A DNA stretch of 64,000 bases from Candidatus Heimdallarchaeota archaeon (GTDB lineage: Archaea; Asgardarchaeota; Heimdallarchaeia; Heimdallarchaeales; Heimdallarchaeaceae): contig JAHLWR010000009.1 of the NCBI GenBank assembly GCA_019057815.1, positions 64,001 through 128,000 of the forward strand, given 5' to 3'. The notes below the pieces were generated by a model. It had not been told where the DNA came from. It made no database searches and saw only the letters and a program-made list of their open reading frames with translations. This document shows, one piece after another, positions 39,339 through 49,497 of the stretch. The position numbers were made by a program, and so were the translations under genes. The number at the start of each line of letters is the position of its first letter. Positions within the stretch are counted from its first letter, which is position 1.

Positions 39339-41882
39339 TTAAGCTTTTTTAAGTTCTATCTCGAAAATTGTCCCTTTTGGTAGATTATTCTTAACTTTAA
39401 TTGAACCTCCATATTGATCTATTGTCTTTTTGACAATATAAAGACCAAGTCCTGTTCCTGCAGTAGATCCAAATCTGAAACCATGTTCAAATAATTTCTT
39501 CTTGAAATCGTCAGGTATCCCTTTACCACTATCAGCAATCTCTATAACACAGCTATCTTTTGATGAATTTATTGTTATTGAAATTGTATCCGTTTCAGAG
39601 TGTTTTAAAGCATTCCCAACAATATTATCAATTACGGATCCTAGTGCAACATCTGCCTGAGCAATTCCTTTTCCTTTAAGATCGAATTGAATACCTATGC
39701 CTGCATAATTTGAGATAACCTCTTCAGTAATATTCCTTACGTCAACTTTCACCAATTCCCTATCTCCTTTGGTGATAATTTCTTCCACTTCTTTCATTTT
39801 ATCGATTAGATTTTCACTTTTAGTAGTAGTTTTTTTTGCCATGTGTAAAAACGATTCTTTATTACTATCTAGAAAAGCATCAATAGATCCATTGGTGACA
39901 ACTAGGTTATTTCTAATATCATGTCGCAATATTGTATTAATAACTTTCAATTGCTCATTTAATTCGTTTATTTTTTTGTAAGCTTCTTCTTTTTCTCTTT
40001 CATTTTTCTCTCTATCAGTAATATCTTCTATCAATCTAATAAGGTTTGATGGTTTATCGACTGCAGTGTAAAGTTGCCATATGGTTACTTTGACAGGAAT
40101 AAGCGATCCATCTTTTTTGATATATATTTTTTCAATTTCTCCAACAGATATCTCTTTATTGAAAAATTTTTGAGTGAGTTCTCTAGTCTTTACTTTATGT
40201 TCTTCTGGAGTGATATCTTCTAATTTTGTGTCTAACAATTCTTTTGTAGAGTAACCTAGCATCTTAATTAAGGCTGGATTAACTCTTAATATTTTTCCTT
40301 CATTATCTTCAAGCGAGTACCCAAATGGTGAGTTGTTAATTACTGATAGTAGAAGTTCTTCACTTTCCTCAAGGGCTATTTCTGCTTTTTTTCTTTCTGC
40401 TATGTCTTTAAATGTAGTAATAAGCCTTCTCTCTCCAGTTACACTTTGTCCAACAACAGAGCTGAGAGAACACCAAAAAACACTTCCATCTTTCCTCTGT
40501 TTTTGACAAACCAACTCTTGTACTTTTCCTTCTATTTCAAGCTGTTCAACAAATGCTTTTCTGTCCTTCTGATCATAATAGAACTCCTTAGCATTAGTCT
40601 GTAGGAATGCTTCTTTCGACTCTAATCCAAGCATCTTCCATAGAACTGAATTTGCATCAATAATATTCCCCTCAAAATCAGAAAGTGCAATTCCAATTGG
40701 CACACCTTCCATAATATGGCTGATTCTTTGTTCGGATTCTTTCAATCTTTTTTCGGTTTTTTTTCCTTCAGTTATGTCGATAAATGAGGACATCATGTTG
40801 ATAGGAACACCTTCCTCATCAAAAACCATACTTGTTGAGAGTTGTATATCGAAGAGTGTTTCATCCTTTTTTTTAGCAACCAACTCTCCTATCCATTTAC
40901 CTTGTGTCTGTAATAATCTTATGATCTTATCAGCTTCACCATTGGTATCATACCAGAATTCTAAAAGATGTCTTCCTAGTACTTCTGTCTTATCACTAAA
41001 TCCCCACATTTCTAAAAATGTAAGATTGATATAAGTCAGCCTACCCTCAAGATCTGTAATAACTATCGCATTAATTGAAGTAGCAATGGCTTGATTTTTT
41101 AGTCTTAATTCCTTTTCAGTTTTCTTTCTTGTTGTAATATCTTCAAAAATAACTGCAAAATGATCTTTTTCTGGGGAATAAGCAGATATTGAATACCATT
41201 TTTTTGTCGTTTTAAAGAACATATCAGACTGCAGTTTTTTTCCAAATTTAGCTACTTCACCAAACTTTTGAATTAAGTTATTTTCACCACTTGCAATCAT
41301 AGGGAATATTTTAGTAACTTTTTTTCCGATTATTTCTTTACTTGTCAGATTCAAGATTTTCTCATAACTATGATTGACTCTTAAGAATTCAAAATCGATA
41401 GGTTTTCCGTCCTCATCATAAATCATTTTATGATAAGCAAAAGCGCTGGACATCTCAGAGAATAATAGTCTATATTTTTCATCACTTAATTTTTGCTCTT
41501 CCTCTACTTGTTTTCTTTTACTTATATCTCTTCCAACGGTTAAAATAAACCTCTCTTTATCAATCTCAATCAATTTACTTCGAAATTCTATTTCTAGAAT
41601 AGAACCATCTTTACATATTAACTCTAATTCTTCTTGGAGTTGGCCTTTTTTGAGAATATTCTTCCTCAACTTCTCTAGTCTACTTCTATGTTTAGAGGAT
41701 GCTATTTCAAATATCTTTTTCTTTCCTAACTCCTCTTCAGAATAACCAAGACTATCAATAGCTTTTTTGTTTGAGAAAATTATAGAAGATTCTTCATTTA
41801 TAAAAAAAATTACATCGTTTGAGTTATTAAAACATTCATTGATCATGTATTGAAATTCATTGGAAAAAGATTCAGAACTCAT
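39339..41882 (-). CDS. Multi-PAS sensor histidine kinase
   Basis: About five PAS/PAC units ending DITxRK; LRHDIRN H-box; NALKH, DSGKG, GTGLGL. Confidence 0.95.
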   Translation of the reverse strand: MSSESFSNEFQYMINECFNNSNDVIFFINEESSIIFSNKKAIDSLGYSEEELGKKKIFEIASSKHRSRLEKLRKNILKKGQLQEELELICKDGSILEIEFRSKLIEIDKERFILTVGRDISKRKQVEEEQKLSDEKYRLLFSEMSSAFAYHKMIYDEDGKPIDFEFLRVNHSYEKILNLTSKEIIGKKVTKIFPMIASGENNLIQKFGEVAKFGKKLQSDMFFKTTKKWYSISAYSPEKDHFAVIFEDITTRKKTEKELRLKNQAIATSINAIVITDLEGRLTYINLTFLEMWGFSDKTEVLGRHLLEFWYDTNGEADKIIRLLQTQGKWIGELVAKKKDETLFDIQLSTSMVFDEEGVPINMMSSFIDITEGKKTEKRLKESEQRISHIMEGVPIGIALSDFEGNIIDANSVLWKMLGLESKEAFLQTNAKEFYYDQKDRKAFVEQLEIEGKVQELVCQKQRKDGSVFWCSLSSVVGQSVTGERRLITTFKDIAERKKAEIALEESEELLLSVINNSPFGYSLEDNEGKILRVNPALIKMLGYSTKELLDTKLEDITPEEHKVKTRELTQKFFNKEISVGEIEKIYIKKDGSLIPVKVTIWQLYTAVDKPSNLIRLIEDITDREKNEREKEEAYKKINELNEQLKVINTILRHDIRNNLVVTNGSIDAFLDSNKESFLHMAKKTTTKSENLIDKMKEVEEIITKGDRELVKVDVRNITEEVISNYAGIGIQFDLKGKGIAQADVALGSVIDNIVGNALKHSETDTISITINSSKDSCVIEIADSGKGIPDDFKKKLFEHGFRFGSTAGTGLGLYIVKKTIDQYGGSIKVKNNLPKGTIFEIELKKA

Positions 41883-41973
41883 TTTACTTACTCCTCTGAT
41901 ATAATTATCTACAAATTAATTCTCCACTCTATTATATATATATTATTTTACAATAGTATAGAAAAAAGCTCAA

Positions 41974-42017
41974 CTGAACATAGTAGAAGTTCACTTACTT
42001 AAGGTAGGTTAGTTCAT
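41974..42017 (+). repeat. Dispersed IS200/IS605 right-end-like repeat, copy B
   Basis: ctgaacatagtagaagttcacttacttaaggtaggttagttcat. Confidence 0.75.
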
Positions 42018-43555
42018 TTAAAATAGTCTGTTTCTTCATATCCTGGAATGTTGTAAATATATATCTTCGTTTGTTTGAATTCTGTATTTTCTGATAGTTC
42101 CTGAATATATTCATTTAACCTTGTTTCTCCTGTGCCCAAATCGCCTTCAGTATCTGCTACGCCATAAAAATGTAAAGAATTTATAGGTTCTTTTACTTTC
42201 AAAACTTCTGTTTCACCTTCAGGCATATTTGAACTTACTATCTCAGCCGATTCAATAAACATCACACCATCGACATCTCCAGAACTTGTCTTTGTAACTA
42301 AAGCAATTATACCCTTGTTCAAATATTCAGGCAAGTGGGTTTTCCTCTCCTCTATATCAAAAAAACCATTAGCAGGTAAATCTAGTTTTTCAGTGATTTT
42401 TCTGAAAGTGTCTTTAGTTATTTCCATTGTTCTTGTTCGAGTTTTTAGAGGATAAAATACAAACTCTAAATTCTGTTTCGTTATATCTTTATCATTTAAT
42501 TCAACCTTAATAGCTGGAGGAAAAAGGTCAAACATAATTTCTCCTTCGGTAAATCCTAGAGATGTCAAGCTATTTAACTCGATTAGAGATGCGACTAATT
42601 CTTCTTCTTCAGAAGTTACGGTTAACACTTTTTGAAGAATCTGATCAGCATATACCTTCGCTTTTTCTATTTTAGTCACATTATAGAAACTACTAAAAGC
42701 GCTATTTATTGTTAAGAAAAGCAAGTTTTTCTCTGTTCTAGACTGATTTTCAATTTTAGCTATTAATTGATTGATTTTATTGAAGAGAGTATCTAGATCT
42801 TCTTTATATTTGAATGCAAGTGTTTCTAAAGTATATAATAGAGGATTTTGATCCTTATACTGTAAAAGTGCCAGTAATGGTCTTTCCATAATTAGAGAAT
42901 CAAATAATTCTTCTACTAGATTTAATAACTGTGGATAAGCTGTAAAAAGTTCGTTTTTTGTTTTACTGTCCCATATTGGCATAACACTAAGTAAAGCAGC
43001 TATATTATCATAATCTGTAAGCTCAAAAAGTTTAGCACTAACATTTAATATTGTAAGTCTAACCAATTCTTCACTCATTCGATAACCTTGTTGAATAGAG
43101 AATATTTCTCCTCTTTTTCCTGCAGAATAGAAATATTGTACAACCTTTAGTAACTCCTTTGATCTTTTCTCTTCCCAGAGCATTTTTATTACTTCAAGTC
43201 TCTTTTGAAGAGCTTGCACAAGAATCTGTAATTTTCTCCCCTCTTCTGATTCAGTAGCATATTGATTTAACAAATCTTGAACATCACTCATCAATTCAGC
43301 AATTTTACGATCTTTTTCTTGTTCTTCTCTTCTTCTAGCTTCAGCTAAGCGTTCTTGTTCTTCAAATTCAGCAAGTTCAGCTTGTTTAGCTTTTTCTTTG
43401 TTAGCTTCAATTGTATTCATGTCTTCCAAGCCATCAATAGAGCTGATTTCAACTGATTCTATCGAAAAATCATCTAATTTATCTAATTCTTCATATTTTT
43501 CTTCATCAACATCCTCTAACTTGTCAGATTCACGTTCTTCACTCATAACAACCAA
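42014..43555 (-). CDS. Hypothetical protein with acidic N-terminus and coiled coil
   Basis: 513 aa; D/E-rich start then EKAKQAELAEFEEQERLAEARRREEQEK. Confidence 0.75.
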   Translation of the reverse strand: MVVMSEERESDKLEDVDEEKYEELDKLDDFSIESVEISSIDGLEDMNTIEANKEKAKQAELAEFEEQERLAEARRREEQEKDRKIAELMSDVQDLLNQYATESEEGRKLQILVQALQKRLEVIKMLWEEKRSKELLKVVQYFYSAGKRGEIFSIQQGYRMSEELVRLTILNVSAKLFELTDYDNIAALLSVMPIWDSKTKNELFTAYPQLLNLVEELFDSLIMERPLLALLQYKDQNPLLYTLETLAFKYKEDLDTLFNKINQLIAKIENQSRTEKNLLFLTINSAFSSFYNVTKIEKAKVYADQILQKVLTVTSEEEELVASLIELNSLTSLGFTEGEIMFDLFPPAIKVELNDKDITKQNLEFVFYPLKTRTRTMEITKDTFRKITEKLDLPANGFFDIEERKTHLPEYLNKGIIALVTKTSSGDVDGVMFIESAEIVSSNMPEGETEVLKVKEPINSLHFYGVADTEGDLGTGETRLNEYIQELSENTEFKQTKIYIYNIPGYEETDYFK

Positions 43556-43636
43556 TCCAATTGAAACTTGTATTCATTAAGCAATAAATATACAAATATC
43601 ATGTAGGAGCTCTTGATATATATCTGTTATTGCACA

Positions 43637-43656
43637 AAGTGGACAATTGTCAACTT
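43637..43656. promoter_or_regulatory. 20-bp near-perfect palindrome, candidate operator
   Basis: aagtggacaattgtcaactt (18/20 self-complementary), ~80 bp upstream of 43555. Confidence 0.45.
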
Positions 43657-43806
43657 AACACTTTCAATATCATTAGGTTTGTTAATAAAAGCCATATCAT
43701 TTAGATTCATTACAATTCTGTGAGTTAGGATTTTTCTGTAATTTAAATTCTACACTATTAAGTGTACAACTGATTTACAATTCTAAAATCAAAATAGTGA
43801 CAAGCT

Positions 43807-45087
43807 TCATTGATATTCTTTCATTATCTGTAATGTTGTTATATCAGAAATCCAGGGGATTTTTTCGATCAACTTTTCAACCAAGCCATAAGCTTTTCCT
43901 ATACTTCTAATTTTTAAACTAATTAGTAGATCATGCTTTCCTGTAATAAAAGAAACGTTTTCTACTCCTTTGATTTTCATTAATTCTTCAAGTTTTATAG
44001 GTATTCCTTGTTGTATTTTTGCTAGAATTATTGCTCTAATTTCTGACATTGAAAGAGCTATAATCCCTGTTAGTACTAATATTGAACCAGAAATTTTCAG
44101 TATAACAGAAATAGCGTCTGTAAACTCACCTTGAAATGCATCACGAAACCATATTCCTGCAATTGCTACTAAAGGTAATGTTGATACAACACTGACACTG
44201 CTTAAGGATCTAACAATAGACATTTTACCCATTGTAAGAGCTCTAGCGAAAAAGACAACAGCTAAATAAACTAGAAGCATAGAAGCAATTACAGGCAAAA
44301 GTGCAGATTTCCAATTTTGAGTTATTTCTCCTAAACCTTGTTTAACCAGTGTAGGTATTGTAGCTATACATTGACCTATTGTCATTATTATCATTGTCCA
44401 TAATCTCAAATTAACAGAATCAAATAGTCTTCCTTTAGAATCTTTTGTTGTTAATGCTTTCTTCTGAAAGTAGATATATAATGCTGAAAATATTGAAAAA
44501 GGACCAAATACGAGAAATAGTCCCAAAGGATCAAGAGAAACACCACTTGATGAACCTTGTAACGAGGTTACAATAACACCTATAGCTATCATAACAATTG
44601 ATTGAATTTCGATTGTTACTGGCTTTTCTTTATCACTTATAGAATCTGAAATAAGCAAATAGACAACTATAAATTGGCTAAAAGGCATAATAACAGAAGC
44701 TTCAAAACGTGAAATCAAAACAAAATATATGATTGTATTTCCAGTTGCGAATATTCCAGCTAAAAGAGTATAAAGTCCTATACGCCCTTTTGGTAGTTTT
44801 AATCCCCTGAAATTTGGGTCTAAATAGTAACCCAATAAGAAACGTCGATTACTTTTTGATTTAGATTTCTTCACGATAGGGATACAAAGAGTTAAGATTA
44901 AAATAATAGAAACAATTAATCCTATAACCATCTCAAAGGATCCAAAAAGAAATGGATTCTGAATCTTAGTGTTTGCGATTACATCAAGAACTACATATAA
45001 GCTGGTAACAATACCACTACCCAATGCAAGAATATAGAAAGTACTCTTTCTTTTTATCTTACTAATTGGTCTAGTAGCTGGAGACAA
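43807..45087 (-). CDS. EamA/DMT transporter fused to a C-terminal Lrp/AsnC ligand-binding domain
   Basis: About 10 TM segments in two EamA-like repeats, then IKGVENVSFITGKHDLLISL..IPWISDITT. Confidence 0.8.
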   Translation of the reverse strand: MSPATRPISKIKRKSTFYILALGSGIVTSLYVVLDVIANTKIQNPFLFGSFEMVIGLIVSIILILTLCIPIVKKSKSKSNRRFLLGYYLDPNFRGLKLPKGRIGLYTLLAGIFATGNTIIYFVLISRFEASVIMPFSQFIVVYLLISDSISDKEKPVTIEIQSIVMIAIGVIVTSLQGSSSGVSLDPLGLFLVFGPFSIFSALYIYFQKKALTTKDSKGRLFDSVNLRLWTMIIMTIGQCIATIPTLVKQGLGEITQNWKSALLPVIASMLLVYLAVVFFARALTMGKMSIVRSLSSVSVVSTLPLVAIAGIWFRDAFQGEFTDAISVILKISGSILVLTGIIALSMSEIRAIILAKIQQGIPIKLEELMKIKGVENVSFITGKHDLLISLKIRSIGKAYGLVEKLIEKIPWISDITTLQIMKEYQ

Positions 45088-45091
45088 GATG

Positions 45092-45340
45092 TCACTCTCT
45101 GATTATTTCTTTTTCAATAATAGCTGTTTGAGTATCAATTATACCTTCGATAAGATGAATTTGTTCACTTGTAATAAGATATAACTCCTCAAGATTATCA
45201 ATTGTAATTCTAGCCACAATATCCCACTCTCCAGTAACAACTGCTACATTAGTAATATTAGGGATAGATCGAAGCTGATTCAGAACCTCTTGTGTCTTTC
45301 CTAGTTTGACATCAAAGAAAATATACGCAGATACAGTCAT
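45092..45340 (-). CDS. Stand-alone Lrp/AsnC ligand-binding (RAM) domain protein
   Basis: AYIFFDV..VTGEWDIVARI..IEGIIDTQT; no HTH. Confidence 0.9.
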   Translation of the reverse strand: MTVSAYIFFDVKLGKTQEVLNQLRSIPNITNVAVVTGEWDIVARITIDNLEELYLITSEQIHLIEGIIDTQTAIIEKEIIRE

Positions 45341-45458
45341 ATTCGAAATAAGAAATAACTGTAATTAAAAATTCTGTTATAGAGTTAGTGTCATTATCGT
45401 TTAGATTATCTTCCGTTCTATTTATTAAAAAAAAGGGAGGATAATAGGTTTCATTCTG

Positions 45459-46436
45459 TTATTGCTTCTTTTTTTTCAGAAAAGTTATAAGCATAGGAAG
45501 AACCATTAATGTTAATATGATAGTGTAAAACTCGAAGTCAACCCCAATACCAGCTAAACCACCCTTTTGTATAAAATAATCACTTTCAGATGTATATGTT
45601 ATGTTCTCCTTGGATCTATAGGTTTCTATGTGTTCCATGTAACTTTCTAAGATTCCACCTTTACTGTATTCAAATTCACAACTGATTAGATATTTATCAT
45701 AAGGGTAATAATCAACTTTATTATTCACATTATCGTAGATCCCATGGTGTATATTACCAGCGAGATCAAATTCAAATGACCATTTAGTAGTATCATTTGT
45801 AAAAGCATTTTGAGCATTAGTTATAGTATCTTCACCCATTATCTTGTAACTAGAGGTAGAATCTAAGAAATCACTTAATTCAATGTAATGATACGTATAA
45901 TTATGAATTACAGCAAAAATAATCCTTGAAGTGTTAAGTATTTCAACAAATTCTCCATTAAAAGTTCCCCAGTCTGGTTCTAAAAATAGTGATGGGAAAC
46001 CATATTTCCAAAATGGGTCAAAATCAAAATATAAACCAGTTAGAATCGTTTCATTTAAAGAACTATCCCATCTATAATTGAATTCTAACAGAACCTGTGC
46101 AAGAATTAGACCATTTTCTTTAGCACCATAGATTCGCGTATATTCAGATGTGTAACCAGAAGGGGATTTACGCTTTGTTGTGCATGTTTTATTATTTTCA
46201 TCCATGGAAGAAATGGAGATTTTATATTCGAATTCATTTAAATATTCAAATGAATTTACAATAGACTCATTTATCCACTCACCAGATGATTTATGAACAT
46301 TTCTTATTCCATAAATAATAGAGTCGCCAACATTCCAATCTCTAACATTTATTGCATTAATCAAAGGTAAACTACTCAATAATGTAAAGATGAGTATCAA
46401 GTTAATGGTTAATATAACTTTAGCTTTTTTTTGCAT
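45459..46436 (-). CDS. Secreted, C-terminally anchored surface protein (choice-of-anchor S-like)
   Basis: Signal peptide; WNVGD, FLEPDW, YSKGGIL; C-terminal TM + KKKKQ. Confidence 0.65.
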   Translation of the reverse strand: MQKKAKVILTINLILIFTLLSSLPLINAINVRDWNVGDSIIYGIRNVHKSSGEWINESIVNSFEYLNEFEYKISISSMDENNKTCTTKRKSPSGYTSEYTRIYGAKENGLILAQVLLEFNYRWDSSLNETILTGLYFDFDPFWKYGFPSLFLEPDWGTFNGEFVEILNTSRIIFAVIHNYTYHYIELSDFLDSTSSYKIMGEDTITNAQNAFTNDTTKWSFEFDLAGNIHHGIYDNVNNKVDYYPYDKYLISCEFEYSKGGILESYMEHIETYRSKENITYTSESDYFIQKGGLAGIGVDFEFYTIILTLMVLPMLITFLKKKKQ

Positions 46437-46677
46437 TTAAAAACCTCTCTTACTAGTTAATTGGTTTCTAGATGTTTTTTATCTTATTAAAGCTTTGCTT
46501 GATTTAAGCAAATAATGAAGAGAGACTGTATTTAACAAGTAGAAAATCTACCTTTTAAAATCAACAGTTTGATAGAAAAATAATCATAATTCACTTTTTT
46601 GAGGAATTAACATTTCCTAATTTATACCAATATGATTACTCGTCATATTTTTAAGCTCTCAAGTTTTAAAATAACCC

Positions 46678-47790
46678 ATGAAAGCAAGAGGTTTAGGGAT
46701 ACAATTTGATGGTCAACCAGGAAAAAATAATACAATAACTGATGTTGAAGGTGTATTAGTTGGTCATTCTACAATTATAGAGGGGGAAGGAGAGCTTGTA
46801 AGAGGTAAAGGTCCCATAAGAACAGGAGTGACAGCTATATTTCCTTGTGGGAAGAGCTCAGACGAAGTATTTGCTGGTCTATTTTCTTACAATGGTAACG
46901 GAGAGATGACAGGATCACACTGGATTGAAGAAGTTGGACAACTGAAGGGACCTATATGTCTAACTAATACTCATAGTGTTGGTTTAGTTAGAGATTCTAT
47001 AATCGAGTGGTTCATAAATAATGGTTTTTATAAAAAATCTGTTTTTTGGTCATTACCCGTTGTTGCTGAAACTTATGATGGATTACTCAATGATATAAAT
47101 GGTTTTCATGTTAAAAAAGAGCATGTCTTTGAAGCCTTAGATTCTTCAAAATCTGGTAATGTAGAAGAAGGAAACGTTGGTGGAGGAACAGGAATGGTGT
47201 GCCACCAATTTAAAGGAGGGATTGGCACAAGTTCACGTATTCTAGATGAGCGTTTTGGAGATTTCACCGTCGGAGTTCTTGTACAAGCCAATTATGGATT
47301 ACGTGAGCATCTCACTATTTCAGGAGTTCCTGTAGGTAAAGAGTTGAAAGGTGAATCTATGCCTAAATTCCATTTTGACTCTAAGAGTCTTGAGGGAGGA
47401 AATGAAATAGGATCAATTATAGTTGTAGTAGCAACAGATGCTCCACTACTCCCTAATCAATTGAAAAGACTAGCAAAAAGAGTAACAGCAGGACTTGCAA
47501 GAACAGGTGGATACGGTGGTCATACATCAGGAGATATATTTCTAGCATTTTCAACTGCAAACAGACTCAAAAAAGAAACGGATGTAAAAGAAAAAATCAG
47601 CTCTGTTAAGACATTGGATGATCTTTATATCTCACATTTGTTCAAAGCTACTGCAGAAGCAACAGAAGAAGCAATTATTAATGCTCTTGTAAGCGCAGAA
47701 ACTATGGAAGGAATAAACAAAAACATTGTTTATGCATTATCACACGACAAATTGCACAACATATTAGGTAAATATAATAGGTTAAATTAA
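46678..47790 (+). CDS. DmpA/BapA-like P1 (S58) aminopeptidase
   Basis: NTITDVEGV.VGH, RTGVT, NGNGEMTG, PVVAETYDG, GGGTGM, GSII autoprocessing site, SGD. Confidence 0.93.
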   Translation: MKARGLGIQFDGQPGKNNTITDVEGVLVGHSTIIEGEGELVRGKGPIRTGVTAIFPCGKSSDEVFAGLFSYNGNGEMTGSHWIEEVGQLKGPICLTNTHSVGLVRDSIIEWFINNGFYKKSVFWSLPVVAETYDGLLNDINGFHVKKEHVFEALDSSKSGNVEEGNVGGGTGMVCHQFKGGIGTSSRILDERFGDFTVGVLVQANYGLREHLTISGVPVGKELKGESMPKFHFDSKSLEGGNEIGSIIVVVATDAPLLPNQLKRLAKRVTAGLARTGGYGGHTSGDIFLAFSTANRLKKETDVKEKISSVKTLDDLYISHLFKATAEATEEAIINALVSAETMEGINKNIVYALSHDKLHNILGKYNRLN

Positions 47791-47960
47791 TTTGTTAGAA
47801 ACGAGTAACAAAATCATAAGTTAGGTTTATGTAATAATCCAATGTTTCCGATTAGTTTTCTAATAACCCCAAATCTTCTTCAAAATCTTTTATAGATTCT
47901 AGTTAATAGTATTTTCCTCTAGTTCATAGTGTTTCATTGTAGCTAATATGTTTTTAAGAA

Positions 47961-49421
47961 CTACGATTTAAGATAGCGAAATGCAATGAGTAAGTAAAGC
48001 TTAGTGATATCATTCAAAGTGCTTATTTCAGCATATTCGTTAGCATTGTGAGCATTTCTCCCACCTGGTCCTATTACAAAAATATCTTTTATTCCAGCTT
48101 CTCGCATATTTCCAGCATCTGAAAATCCTGTGTTAAATGTGAATATTGGTTTCACTTGATATATTGTTTCAAATGAATTCTTTAAGACCTTCCCAAATTC
48201 CGAATGAGGATTTATTGAAGAGCCTACTCCTATAGTTATAATAGTAAGAGTGATGTCTACTGGTTCTTGTTTAAACTTTTGATTTGAATGTTGTAGATTT
48301 ATATATCCTTCAGGTAATTCAATCCGATATTTCAATTTTGAACAATACTTTACAATCGAATCAAATAATTCTTGAGTCGTTAATCCAGGCATTGTTCTGA
48401 AATCTACATTTAACTCACATCTATCTGGAATAACATTTGTTTTTATTCCAGCTTTTATCTCATTAAAGCTAAAAGTTGTCTTATGTAAATTACCTAAATT
48501 TCTTTTATCTTTATCTAAAGGAACTTTTTCTCCAGTAAATGAACGTATTTTTCTATAATCTGAAAAACTTACTCTTGACAATAACATCTTTACATATTGT
48601 ATTTTTGAAATAGGTGCTTTACATTTTTTAATTTTCAATTTCTTTTCAGCTTTTGCGATGAATCTGACTGCTTTATTTATAGCATTACTTTTTTCTTTTG
48701 GCCAACTACCATGACCTGCAACTCCATGAAAGGCTAATTTTACCCAATGTGGTCCCTTCTCCCCGATTCCTATAGATGGACTAGATAAAGGTTTTATAAT
48801 GCTAGGTTCTGAAATAATCGTTGCATCTGTATTTACAACATCAAAATGATTTTTTGTCATAAATGCTGAACCATATGCTCCGTGAGTCTCTTCATCAGGT
48901 GTAAACCACATTTGTATTTTTCCGCTGAATTTCACTCCTGAATTCTTTAACAATTTCATTGCAATCATTTGACACGCGACACCTGCTTTCATGTCAAAGG
49001 CTCCTCGACCGTAGAGTTTTTCATCTTTAATTACACCTCCTAAAGGAGGGGTGTCTGGGTTCCATTTATCAGGACTATAAGGTACGATATCCAGATGACC
49101 ATTAAATTGAAGCGTTTTTCCGAGAGAATTACCTTTATGAGATACTATCAAATTATAATAGAATTCATCTTCTTTCTTACTTAAAAAAGGAACTTTATAG
49201 AGTTTAGCTGTGAATCCTTCTTTTTCCATATATTTTTTTGTGAATTCGAATATCTTGCTAATATCATAAAATTGAAACTCTGACATGTTAAGAGAGTCAA
49301 TCTTAACTAAGTTTTGTAGAAGATCTATAATTTCTTCTTCATAATCATCCACTAAAGATATTAATTTGCGCTCTTCTTCCGTTATTGGGAATTTTGCTTT
49401 TATTTTCTTTTCTACCACCAT
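47961..49421 (-). CDS. M20 metallopeptidase (ArgE/DapE family)
   Basis: NGHLDIVP, GRGAFDMK, PDEE, SEP, GHGS, AHNANE. Confidence 0.93.
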   Translation of the reverse strand: MVVEKKIKAKFPITEEERKLISLVDDYEEEIIDLLQNLVKIDSLNMSEFQFYDISKIFEFTKKYMEKEGFTAKLYKVPFLSKKEDEFYYNLIVSHKGNSLGKTLQFNGHLDIVPYSPDKWNPDTPPLGGVIKDEKLYGRGAFDMKAGVACQMIAMKLLKNSGVKFSGKIQMWFTPDEETHGAYGSAFMTKNHFDVVNTDATIISEPSIIKPLSSPSIGIGEKGPHWVKLAFHGVAGHGSWPKEKSNAINKAVRFIAKAEKKLKIKKCKAPISKIQYVKMLLSRVSFSDYRKIRSFTGEKVPLDKDKRNLGNLHKTTFSFNEIKAGIKTNVIPDRCELNVDFRTMPGLTTQELFDSIVKYCSKLKYRIELPEGYINLQHSNQKFKQEPVDITLTIITIGVGSSINPHSEFGKVLKNSFETIYQVKPIFTFNTGFSDAGNMREAGIKDIFVIGPGGRNAHNANEYAEISTLNDITKLYLLIAFRYLKS

Positions 49422-49497
49422 ATTGAAACAACCTTAACTAGTTTTTTTCTACTTTTTTGATTTTTCTTTTCATTTCTGTTTACTTTTTTATATTTCT

